Source: an uncultured Bacteroidales bacterium (GTDB lineage: Bacteria; Bacteroidota; Bacteroidia; Bacteroidales; VadinHA17). Taken from it: 64,000 bases of DNA. The stretch is taken from contig CAVPBE010000003.1 in the NCBI GenBank assembly GCA_963701745.1, forward strand, positions 149,361 through 213,360, read 5' to 3'. The translations under genes and the position numbers were made by a program. Shown here piece after piece: positions 44,537 to 53,610 of the stretch (positions are counted from its first letter, which is position 1; each line of letters begins with the position of its first letter). The notes under the pieces were generated by a model. It ran no database searches, had not been told where the DNA came from, and saw only the letters and a program-made list of their open reading frames with translations.

Positions 44537-45511
44537 ATGTCTGACCTTGGGAATATAAAAAAGCCTGTTAAGGAAGAAATGGCTCAGTTTGAAGCCTATT
44601 TCGGCAGGACGATGCAAAGCAAAATTCCCCTTCTGAAAATTATACTTAACTATATCTTTCGTCGTAAAGGCAAGCAAATGAGGCCATTACTCGTTTTCCT
44701 GAGTGCAAAGCTAAACGGGGAAATAGGTGAACCAACTTATGTTGCCGCAACATTGATAGAACTTCTTCATACTGCATCCCTTGTCCATGATGATGTTGTG
44801 GATAATGCCAAAGAAAGACGGGGTGCTCTTTCAATAAATGCCCTGTGGAATTCCAAGATCGCAGTTCTTGTCGGGGATTATATGCTTACAAAAGGAATGC
44901 TGATAAGCATTGAAAAAAACCGGATTGATATGCTTGAATTAGCCTCTGAAGCTGTAAAATCAATGACTGAAGGAGAGTTGCTTCAGCTTCAGAAAGCCAG
45001 GAAGCTGAATATAACAGAGGAAGATTATTTCCGGATCATAAAAGGTAAAACTGCAGCACTTATTGCAGCATGCACTGCATGCGGAGCAAGGTCAGCAACC
45101 AATAATCCTGATACCATTCAGCTGATGAAAGAACTGGGGGAAAGTATAGGAATTGCCTTTCAGATACGGGACGACCTCCTTGATTATGAAGGCAACGGAC
45201 TGACCGGAAAAATATCGGGTAACGATATCAGGGAAAAGAAAATCACACTGCCTCTGATATTTTCTCTTGAAAAGGCTTCTTTTTCCCAAAAAAGACATAT
45301 CCTTCACATAATCAGTAATAATAAAAAGTCAAGATCCGAAATAGAAGAGGTAATCAGATTTGTTTCTGAAAACGGAGGGATGGAATATGCGGCGCTCAGA
45401 ATGAATCAGTACCGGGATAAGGCGCTTGCAATACTGGATACTTATCCGGAGTCGGAGGTAAAGGAATCACTCAGGGAGTTTGTACGTTATACGGTTTCGA
45501 GGGATAAGTAG
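44537..45511 (+). CDS. ispB: Polyprenyl diphosphate synthase (IspB-like)
   Basis: Contains the two Asp-rich motifs LVHDDVVDN and QIRDDLLDY. The ATG at 44537 is preferred to the TTG at 44534. Confidence 0.8.
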   Translation: MSDLGNIKKPVKEEMAQFEAYFGRTMQSKIPLLKIILNYIFRRKGKQMRPLLVFLSAKLNGEIGEPTYVAATLIELLHTASLVHDDVVDNAKERRGALSINALWNSKIAVLVGDYMLTKGMLISIEKNRIDMLELASEAVKSMTEGELLQLQKARKLNITEEDYFRIIKGKTAALIAACTACGARSATNNPDTIQLMKELGESIGIAFQIRDDLLDYEGNGLTGKISGNDIREKKITLPLIFSLEKASFSQKRHILHIISNNKKSRSEIEEVIRFVSENGGMEYAALRMNQYRDKALAILDTYPESEVKESLREFVRYTVSRDK

Positions 45512-45538
45512 TTATTCAAATAGAATTTTATGATTTGA

Positions 45539-45820
45539 GGCTGTATCAAAAATCCACAACCTCCCTCTCGACAAGTCGGGAGGGAGGTTGTCGAAAAAGT
45601 CAAATAAACCACCCTGTCCCAACGCTTTCGTCGGGACACCCCTCCTTGTCAAGGAGGGGAAATTGTTGATTTACAATACTATATATTTCTCCTCCTTTTT
45701 AAGAGGGCTGAGCGTTAAAAAATAGCCCTGTGGGTTATTTTAGCGAAGAGCCAGAATGCAGGGCTGGCAAATGTCATGAAGGGTCATGACGGGGTGGTTA
45801 AAAACACTTATGATACAGCC
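45539..45820. repeat. MITE-like element, copy C (long form carrying a string of GC hairpins)
   Basis: The termini are ggctgtatcaaaaatc (45539-45554) and acttatgatacagcc (45806-45820). Internal hairpins include acaacctccct/agggaggttgt (45556-45591), gtccc..gggac (45616-45637) and cccctcctt-gtc-aaggagggg (45639-45659). Confidence 0.65.
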
Positions 45821-45857
45821 TATACTAAATTATTCTATGAAATTACTATTTGTTCAA

Positions 45858-47141
45858 TCATGCCACCTCCAGTCTGATCTTTGTAACTTTCTCCATATCA
45901 GAATTATAATATCTGGATCCCAGATAAAACAGAACTGTCCCGATCAGAAGAGCAAATGGAAGGATACTTACAGCAGTTTTAATGTTCGAGAGGTCCGATA
46001 TTTTTCCCAATACTATTGGTGCAGTAAATGAGCCCAACAGATTTTGGACAGCGACAGCAATGGCATAAGAGGTTGCGCGCATTCCGGGATGAATGACATC
46101 CTGAGTAACAGCTGCTGCTCCGGCCAAAAAGGTCATTACCCAGGCGCCAAAAATGAACAATACGATAATTTGCCCCGTCCCTTTAAACAGGAATAAAGCA
46201 ATAAAAAGCAATAAGGCTGAAATCATGGTTGAAATAGTCGGAAACAGAAGCCTGGCATTGGATTTCTTTTCCCTCCATTTATCAGTTAAATATCCGCCAA
46301 GCGGTGCCCCGATAAGTGCTAAAAGCATTACTGCTCCTGCCAATGTCCCGGCTAATTTTGGCTCAATCTTTAATTCGGATGCAAAATAGGTCGGAAGCCA
46401 TACAATCATAGCTGTTGTAACAAAAACAATTGCCGCCATTCCGAAATAAGTAAAAAGTACTGATGGTCTGGAAAGAAATTCTTTGAACATATCTTTTCTT
46501 TCCATCTTTATCTTTTGATTGCTCTTGTCTATGTAAGAAAGGTCAACTGTTTTATAATCTTTGACAAATAAGAACAATATTGCCACAAGAAGTCCGGGAA
46601 TCGCAACAAGTCCAAATGCATGCTTCCAACCAAGAGAGGCAGCAATAAGGCCACCCATTGAGACTCCTATAGCTGACCCAATGGGGATTGATGCATTCCA
46701 GAATCCCATAATTTTGGATCTTTTTTCCAATGGGTACATTCCTGAAATTAATGCAGTTCCTCCGGGAGCGTAACCTGCTTCGCCAAATCCTATCAGGATT
46801 CTTGCCATAAATAGCTGGACATAATTTCCTGTGAAGGCACACAATGCGGTGGCAAGACTCCAGACAATTGCCATGATCCCAATTGTTTTTGTTCTGCTCC
46901 AGCGGTCAATCACCAGGGAAACGGGAAATGTAAGGATGCCGATTGAAAGGTAAATTATTGAAACCAGCCAGCCGCTTTGTGTGGCGTTAATCGACCATTC
47001 TGCCTGGATAAATGAGAACATGGAGTTTACAACCATCCTGTCAGCATAATCAAAAACATATAACAGGAACAGTAAAATGAAAACATAATTCGAATACCCT
47101 TTCGAAAAAAGATATCCCTTCTGACCCTCAGTATTTTTCAT
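45858..47141 (-). CDS. MFS transporter (12 TM)
   Basis: 427-aa ORF with 12 hydrophobic segments and the MFS loop motif DRWSRTKT. Confidence 0.8.
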   Translation of the reverse strand: MKNTEGQKGYLFSKGYSNYVFILLFLLYVFDYADRMVVNSMFSFIQAEWSINATQSGWLVSIIYLSIGILTFPVSLVIDRWSRTKTIGIMAIVWSLATALCAFTGNYVQLFMARILIGFGEAGYAPGGTALISGMYPLEKRSKIMGFWNASIPIGSAIGVSMGGLIAASLGWKHAFGLVAIPGLLVAILFLFVKDYKTVDLSYIDKSNQKIKMERKDMFKEFLSRPSVLFTYFGMAAIVFVTTAMIVWLPTYFASELKIEPKLAGTLAGAVMLLALIGAPLGGYLTDKWREKKSNARLLFPTISTMISALLLFIALFLFKGTGQIIVLFIFGAWVMTFLAGAAAVTQDVIHPGMRATSYAIAVAVQNLLGSFTAPIVLGKISDLSNIKTAVSILPFALLIGTVLFYLGSRYYNSDMEKVTKIRLEVA

Positions 47142-47284
47142 AACGGTTAATAGGTTTTCCTTAGACCAAGTAAATAAAAATTAACCATTGTTGATGTTTT
47201 TATTGTAATTTTAAGTCTTTATACTTATTTATTGCAAGCATTCATGTGTTTTGTTTTCTTTTGTAAAATCCAAAAATTAAGCCT

Positions 47285-47734
47285 ATGACAACATTACTAC
47301 AAATTGAGGAGTTTCTTGGATCCGGACCCATTGCAATGGCCGGAGTGTCGCGTAATCCGAAAAAGTTCGGTTTTGCAGCGTTCAAGGAATTAAAAGCTAA
47401 GGGAATGAACGTAATCCCAGTTAATCCTCATGCGGAAGAGATCCTCGGAGTAAAAGTTTTTCATGATATTAAAAGCCTTCCCGATAATGTTCACGGGCTT
47501 ATTGTCATGACCCGTAAAGACCAGACAGCAGGAGTGATCAGGGACGCAAAGGAAAAGGGGATAAAACATATCTGGATACAACAGATGGCCGATAGCAAAG
47601 ATGCTCTTAAAGAGCTTGAGGGGTCTGGTGTTAATTTTATAACAAAAGAATGCATTCTGATGCATTACAAACCTAACAGCATTCACAAATTTCACCGTGC
47701 AATCAATAAATTGTTCAGAAGGTTCCCCAGGTAA
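47285..47734 (+). CDS. CoA-binding domain protein (YccU/YneT-like)
   Basis: 149-aa ORF with IAMAGVSRNPKKFG and a Rossmann-like pattern. Confidence 0.65.
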   Translation: MTTLLQIEEFLGSGPIAMAGVSRNPKKFGFAAFKELKAKGMNVIPVNPHAEEILGVKVFHDIKSLPDNVHGLIVMTRKDQTAGVIRDAKEKGIKHIWIQQMADSKDALKELEGSGVNFITKECILMHYKPNSIHKFHRAINKLFRRFPR

Positions 47735-47795
47735 CAGATTATTTGTCATATCTCTCAAATAGTCTTTGTCCCATTGCCATGCAAATTGATAATGA

Positions 47796-49577
47796 TTGTA
47801 CACTTCCTGCAAAAATAATGACCTGAGAAGGAGTGGCCAGTTTTTGTTACCGGCCAGCAAATCTCTTTGTGCCGAAGGGAAATATGATATCTATCCATCG
47901 ATGAGGATAGATGATAATCAGATTTTTACAGGATTCGATTCCCTTGCCGGAAAAATTAAAAGCCACAGAACTGTCGCAATTGACGGATATATCGGTGTGT
48001 TTTTTGACCTTTTTCAGGTTCAGCTTGATAAAATCCTCTCGAAGAATGGTTACAAGGTTTCATGGAAAAAGACTTCTGATTTTTACAAGCCTGAATGGCA
48101 GATCCTTGAAATGACTGCTCCTTTTCTGGGCGGAGATGATCCTCTTTTCGGGAGAAGGACTACTTTGAACCTGGAAGATTACTTTATTATGGAAAGACTT
48201 AGATCAGTCGGGCCCGAAGAGGATTATGATATTAATATTCTGATAGGTCCTGGGGCGGCACTGGCCTCATGGAAAAGCCTGCTAATCTTTATTGACATCC
48301 CAAAAAATGAAATTCAGTTCCGCTCACGGGCAGGCACTATATCCAATCTCGGAACAACAGTTGTTTCCGATCCCAAGAAAATGTACAAATGTTTTTACTT
48401 CGTCGACTGGGTCGTTCTGAATAAACATAAACAACAAACTCTGCCTTTTGTAGATTTGTTCGTCGACGGACAACGTCCGGAAATACCGGTCTGGATGGAA
48501 GGAATATCGTTGAGGGAATCCCTATCGCATATGAGCTGCAATGTATTCAGGGCAAGGCCATGGTTTGAACCCGGGGCATGGGGCGGAACCTGGATAAAGA
48601 ACAATATTGCAGGCCTGAATAAAAATGTTCCCAACTATGCATGGTCATTTGAACTTATCACTCCTGAAAACGGACTGCTGATAGAAAGTTCCTCGGTGCT
48701 CTGCGAAGTCTCATTCGACTGTCTTATGTACCTGCATGCTGAAGCTGTTCTGGGAGATTGTTATCAGGAATTCGGGACTGATTTCCCGATCCGGTTCGAT
48801 TTTCTTGATACCTTTGATGGCGGGAATCTTTCACTTCAGTGTCATCCCCGACCTCAGTATATAAAGGAGAATTTCAGGGAGACTTTTACACAGGAGGAGA
48901 CATATTATATTCTTGACACCAAAGATAATGCGGGTGTCTTTCTGGGTTTCTGTGATAATATTGACCCTGAAAATTTCAGAAATGATCTGGAAGATAGTTT
49001 TAATGACAACAAGGCTTTCGATCCTGACAAATATATCTTGTGGCACCCCGTACAAAAGCATGATCTTTTGCTAATTCCATACGGCACAATTCATGGTTCC
49101 GGAAAGAACAATCTTGTTCTTGAAATAAGTACAACCCCGTATATTTTTACATTTAAAATGTATGACTGGCAAAGACCTGATCTTGACGGGAAACCCAGAC
49201 CGCTTAATATTGACAGGGGGATGATCAATCTCTTCTTTGACCGAAAAGGAGATTATGTAGGTAAGAATCTTATTGCAAAGCCGAAACTGCTTGACACTGG
49301 TTCCGACTGGGTGCTTTTCCATCTGCCGACTCATGAAACTCATTCATATGATGTTCATCGATATCATTTTCAAAGTACCATTGATATCCTGACGAATAAT
49401 AAATGCCTTGTAATGAGTCTTACAGAGGGGCAAAGAATAGATATTGAAACAATGAACGGATTTAAAGCAACCTATTGCTATGCTGAGACCTTCGTCATCC
49501 CTGCGGCTGCTAAAAGCATAAGAATAACTAACAATTCATCTTCAGGAGCTGTTCTTGTTAAGGCATTTATGAAATAG
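47796..49577 (+). CDS. Class I mannose-6-phosphate isomerase-like cupin protein with a long N-terminal extension
   Basis: 593-aa ORF. Its C-terminal half carries LSLQCHP (PMI type I zinc-site context) and a cupin-like IPYGTIHGSG. The start is uncertain (47796 versus the ATG at 47901). Confidence 0.55.
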   Translation: MYTSCKNNDLRRSGQFLLPASKSLCAEGKYDIYPSMRIDDNQIFTGFDSLAGKIKSHRTVAIDGYIGVFFDLFQVQLDKILSKNGYKVSWKKTSDFYKPEWQILEMTAPFLGGDDPLFGRRTTLNLEDYFIMERLRSVGPEEDYDINILIGPGAALASWKSLLIFIDIPKNEIQFRSRAGTISNLGTTVVSDPKKMYKCFYFVDWVVLNKHKQQTLPFVDLFVDGQRPEIPVWMEGISLRESLSHMSCNVFRARPWFEPGAWGGTWIKNNIAGLNKNVPNYAWSFELITPENGLLIESSSVLCEVSFDCLMYLHAEAVLGDCYQEFGTDFPIRFDFLDTFDGGNLSLQCHPRPQYIKENFRETFTQEETYYILDTKDNAGVFLGFCDNIDPENFRNDLEDSFNDNKAFDPDKYILWHPVQKHDLLLIPYGTIHGSGKNNLVLEISTTPYIFTFKMYDWQRPDLDGKPRPLNIDRGMINLFFDRKGDYVGKNLIAKPKLLDTGSDWVLFHLPTHETHSYDVHRYHFQSTIDILTNNKCLVMSLTEGQRIDIETMNGFKATYCYAETFVIPAAAKSIRITNNSSSGAVLVKAFMK

Positions 49578-49744
49578 GGACAGAAGGGAATAAAAAAAAT
49601 AGGGAAAAAGGAAATAAAGAAATAGGGAAAAAGGGAATAAAGAAATAAAGAAATAGGGAAATAGGGAAATAGGGAAATAGGGAAATAAGGAAATAGGGAA
49701 ATAGGGAAATAAGGAAATAGAGAAATAAGGAAATAAGGAAATAT
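49571..49744. repeat. Purine-rich tandem repeat (8-bp unit AAATAGGG/AAATAAGG) filling the whole intergenic spacer
   Basis: Eleven contiguous 8-bp units span 49651-49738, preceded by degenerate copies starting at the upstream TAG stop. A twelfth partial unit runs into the GH38 ATG. There is no C on the plus strand from 49582 to 49754. Confidence 0.9.
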
Positions 49745-52700
49745 ATGAAGAAGTCATTTTTATTATTTGCACTGACCTTTTTTTGTTCAGTGATTCTGTT
49801 GAAGGCTCAGCCATTCATCAATTCCGATGATGAACTGGTGAATGGATATTCGGGTAAAATCACAGGTACTGATTTTGAGTACCACTCCTGTATCCCAGGG
49901 CTCCGCCAGAGCATTATTATAAGGGCTGAAAGCGCCAATGACTTTATGGAGTGGGAAACTGATGCTCCCTTTCTCGGTGAGAAAAAGAAATATACTGCAT
50001 TCATCTGGGTTACTGCAATTGGCTCAAGTCCCGGAAATGCCAGAATGTATCTTACAACTGATCTGAAACATGAATTTAGTTTCAACACTGATGGCCGCTC
50101 AGCCTGGACAATTGATTCAGGTGATGGTTCCAGTCTGAGTTTTAATTCAATAATGACCGATCAGTTTGGAGACCATCACGGATATATGATATTGCGGATT
50201 CCCTCAGGGAAATTGATTAAAGGAAAACCGCTAAGGATCAAAGTAACAGGAAGCAAATCAAATCTTACTTCATGGTACATGACCTATAAACAGCAGGTCA
50301 AAACCGGTGTGGCTCTTAATCCATTTCCCGCGGTAATTAAAAAAAATAATGCACTTCTTCAGCTGGTTGAAGCTGCAATATTCTATTTCGGGAAAGAAAC
50401 CGACTGTAAAATCTATGCCAATAATAAACTGGTTTCCAATGCTCCGTTGAAATTTGGCTATAACAGTGTAAACATAGGACTTCAGCAAGTTCAGAAACCA
50501 TCAAGGATCGATCTTAAAGTCATTGCCGGTGACTTTTCAATGTCAAATACTGTTACCCTTAACCCTGTTAAAAAATGGAATGTGGATTTAATCCAGCATT
50601 CACATACCGATATCGGTTATACCAGGTCACAAACTGAGATCCTTGCAGAACACCTCAGATATATTGATTACGCCCTTGATTACTGTGATGCTACAGACAA
50701 TTATCCGGACAATGCAAAATTCAGATGGACATGCGAAGCTTCGTGGCCCGTGGATGAGTTTATAAAAAGCAGACCTGCTGAGCAGGTCGATCGTCTGATA
50801 AGACGCATAAAGGAAGGCCGTATTGAAGTTACCGGTATGTATTTCAATTTCGATGAGGTCCCTGATGAACAAATACTGGCTGCATCGCTTGAAGCAGCAG
50901 GAAGGATAAAAGCCAGGGGCATCCCTGTAACTCTTGCAATGCAAAACGACGTAAACGGGATTGGCTGGTGTATGAATGATTATTTCAACCAGCTTGGCAT
51001 TAAATACCTTAATATGGGTACACATGGACATCGTGCGCTTATCTGTTTTGACAAACCAACAATGTTCTGGTGGGAATCTCCGTCCGGAAAAAGGATACTG
51101 ACTTTCAGAGCTGAACATTATATGACAGGGAATACTCTTTTCGAGATCCAGAACGGCGATCTGAATAAATTCCAGTACAACCTTCTTACATATTTGAAGA
51201 ATCTTGAAGCCCTTAAATATCCATTTGAAGATATCGCTATTCAATTATCCGGCTATCTTACAGATAATTCACCTCCTTCAACACTGGCAAGCGAGATGAT
51301 AAAAAAGTGGGATGAGGTATTCGAGTGGCCAAAGATTTCGAACACAACTGCTGAATCATTTTTCAGGAAAATGGAAAATGAACATGGTGATGAATTCCCA
51401 GTGATAAGAGGAGCATGGCCGGACTGGTGGACTGACGGTTTCGGTTCAGCAGCGCGGGAGACCTCAGTCACAAGAAAAGCGGCTGCCTCATTTAAAGCAA
51501 ATACCGGAGCTCTTTCTATGGCGGCTGTTGCAGGGATTAAACTTCCCGAGGGTACTCAAAGTAAAATTGATCTGGTTAATGATGCCCTGATGTTTTACAC
51601 CGAACATACTACCGGATATTCTGAGAGTGTCAGGGAGCCATTCAGCCAGCCGACAATGGAACAAAGGGCACTCAAGGAATCGTATGCATGGGAAGCTAAC
51701 CGACGTACTGCATCCCTTGGGGAGGACGCAATGGGATTACTGCAAAGTATGTTTAAAAGAGAAAAAGATCCATCTCTGATCGTCTTTAATACCCTGAACT
51801 GGAAAAGGTCAGGCCTCACTATGGTTTACATAGACCATCAGATTGTTCCGCGGGGAACTACTGCAGGAATATATGACACTGAGGGGAATCGTGTTGCGGT
51901 ACAAAATTTGTCGAGCCGTTCAGACGGAACATATTGGGCAGTATGGCTAAATGATATCCCTTCATTCGGATTTAAGAAATTCCTGATACGTCCGCTGAAC
52001 GAGGAAAACGCTTCAATCAGCAAAGAAGCACCGGAATTCCTTGAGAACAGATGGTATAAAATCATTCCCGACTATTCCAGAGGAACCATCAGATCATGGT
52101 TTGATAAGGAATTATCAATTGAGCTTGTTGATAAGAATTCGGAATACGGTATGGCGGAATTTATCCTTGAGCAGCTTGGAAACAGAAGCCAGATGGAAAG
52201 AAAAATGCTTGTTGATTTCAAGAGATCTCCGCTTGATACAGTCTGGTTTGATTCGGTCACAAAGGGTCCAGTTTTTAATAGCATCAAACTCTTTGGTGAA
52301 TCCGAAACTACAATAAATCCAAAAGGCTATTCATTTGAAATCAGGCTTTACAATACCGAAAAACGGATTGAAATTGTCTGTACAATTATTAAGAAAAGCA
52401 TCACAGATCCAGAAAGCTTTTATATTGCTTTCCCTTTTGACTTAAAAAATGGAAAACACTTCACCGAAGTTCAGGGCGGAATAATTGAAACGGGCAAAGA
52501 TCAGATAAAAGGCTCTTCCAATGACTGGAACACTGTTCAGAATTTCACTGCCGTCAGGAACTCAGACGCACAGCTGGTAATGGGTTGCAGCGAAATGCCG
52601 CTGATGCAATTCGGCGCAATAAATACAGGACGATACCAGGCAGGGGCAATGCCTCAGAGTACGCATGTCTTTTCTTGGCCTATGAATAACTACTGGGTCA

Positions 52701-53116
52701 CTAATTTCAATGCTGACCAGAGGGGAGGACATACCTGGACCTATTGCCTGACGACATCGCATGATATCTCGGACAGCTTCGCATCCCGTTTCGGATGGAG
52801 CTCCAGAGTACCATACCTGACAAGGATCCTTCCGGGAGAGGGTACCGGGGATAATAAAAAAGAGGGGTCATTTATAGAAGGATGGCCCGCTAACGTTTTA
52901 CTGGTAAATGCCTATCCTTCTGAAGATGGAAAAACAATACTTATTCATCTTCGGGAGACTGGTGGAAAAGAGGTTCAACTCAGCCTTAAAAACGGGCTGA
53001 CCGGTAATCAGCTTTTAATTTCCGGATCTGATGTTACAGGCAAATCCATAGTTGACTCTGATAATACCATAAAACCTCTTGAATCAAAATTCTTTTTAAT
53101 AAAAACAGGTTTATAA
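49745..53116 (+). CDS. GH38 family alpha-mannosidase-like glycoside hydrolase, secreted
   Basis: 1123-aa ORF with a signal peptide, about 280 aa of N-terminal extra domain, then the GH38 N-domain motif LIQHSHTDIGYT. Confidence 0.8.
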   Translation: MKKSFLLFALTFFCSVILLKAQPFINSDDELVNGYSGKITGTDFEYHSCIPGLRQSIIIRAESANDFMEWETDAPFLGEKKKYTAFIWVTAIGSSPGNARMYLTTDLKHEFSFNTDGRSAWTIDSGDGSSLSFNSIMTDQFGDHHGYMILRIPSGKLIKGKPLRIKVTGSKSNLTSWYMTYKQQVKTGVALNPFPAVIKKNNALLQLVEAAIFYFGKETDCKIYANNKLVSNAPLKFGYNSVNIGLQQVQKPSRIDLKVIAGDFSMSNTVTLNPVKKWNVDLIQHSHTDIGYTRSQTEILAEHLRYIDYALDYCDATDNYPDNAKFRWTCEASWPVDEFIKSRPAEQVDRLIRRIKEGRIEVTGMYFNFDEVPDEQILAASLEAAGRIKARGIPVTLAMQNDVNGIGWCMNDYFNQLGIKYLNMGTHGHRALICFDKPTMFWWESPSGKRILTFRAEHYMTGNTLFEIQNGDLNKFQYNLLTYLKNLEALKYPFEDIAIQLSGYLTDNSPPSTLASEMIKKWDEVFEWPKISNTTAESFFRKMENEHGDEFPVIRGAWPDWWTDGFGSAARETSVTRKAAASFKANTGALSMAAVAGIKLPEGTQSKIDLVNDALMFYTEHTTGYSESVREPFSQPTMEQRALKESYAWEANRRTASLGEDAMGLLQSMFKREKDPSLIVFNTLNWKRSGLTMVYIDHQIVPRGTTAGIYDTEGNRVAVQNLSSRSDGTYWAVWLNDIPSFGFKKFLIRPLNEENASISKEAPEFLENRWYKIIPDYSRGTIRSWFDKELSIELVDKNSEYGMAEFILEQLGNRSQMERKMLVDFKRSPLDTVWFDSVTKGPVFNSIKLFGESETTINPKGYSFEIRLYNTEKRIEIVCTIIKKSITDPESFYIAFPFDLKNGKHFTEVQGGIIETGKDQIKGSSNDWNTVQNFTAVRNSDAQLVMGCSEMPLMQFGAINTGRYQAGAMPQSTHVFSWPMNNYWVTNFNADQRGGHTWTYCLTTSHDISDSFASRFGWSSRVPYLTRILPGEGTGDNKKEGSFIEGWPANVLLVNAYPSEDGKTILIHLRETGGKEVQLSLKNGLTGNQLLISGSDVTGKSIVDSDNTIKPLESKFFLIKTGL

Positions 53117-53177
53117 ATTGTAAATAAATTGATCTTTGTAATTGGAGCTGACGATTATATAATTTTACCCAAATCCA

Positions 53178-53585
53178 ATGGAGGAACCCCGATACTTACA
53201 CAGCACTGATTTTACTGTAAGAGACTATGAATGTGACATACAGGGCGTGGTGAACAACGCAAATTATCAGCACTACCTCGAGCATGCAAGACATGAATTC
53301 CTGATATCACGGGGGATCAGTTTTGCCCAGCTCCATGAAGAGGGAACTGACCTCATTGTTACAAAAGTTGAAATTGAGTATAAACTTCCCCTCAGGAGCC
53401 CTGACAGGTTTATTGTTAAAACTAATATCCAGAGGGAGGGAAACATAAGGCTTGTGTTCATGCAGGATATTTACAGAACAGATGATATGAAACTCATTGT
53501 GCGTGCAAAGGTAACAGGAGCCGCAACAAAAAACGGGAAACCGGTTTACCCGGGGGAAGTGCTGAAAAAGCTTGGATTAGATTGA
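53178..53585 (+). CDS. Acyl-CoA thioesterase (4HBT/YbgC hotdog fold)
   Basis: 135-aa ORF with the N-terminal catalytic Asp context VRDYECDIQGVVNNANY. Confidence 0.75.
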   Translation: MEEPRYLHSTDFTVRDYECDIQGVVNNANYQHYLEHARHEFLISRGISFAQLHEEGTDLIVTKVEIEYKLPLRSPDRFIVKTNIQREGNIRLVFMQDIYRTDDMKLIVRAKVTGAATKNGKPVYPGEVLKKLGLD

Positions 53586-53610
53586 AATAAAAATGAAATA
53601 AAGAAATAAA

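Noticed and set aside
49571-49744. Possible CRISPR array
   Set aside because: The units are 8 bp long and directly abutting, with no spacers, and there are no cas genes in the window.
49542-49814. A 90-aa minus-strand ORF with the repeating peptide SLFPYFPISLFPYF
   Set aside because: It is simply the reverse-complement translation of the 8-bp tandem repeat. It overlaps the ends of two well-supported plus-strand genes, and an 8-bp unit cannot maintain a protein repeat under selection.
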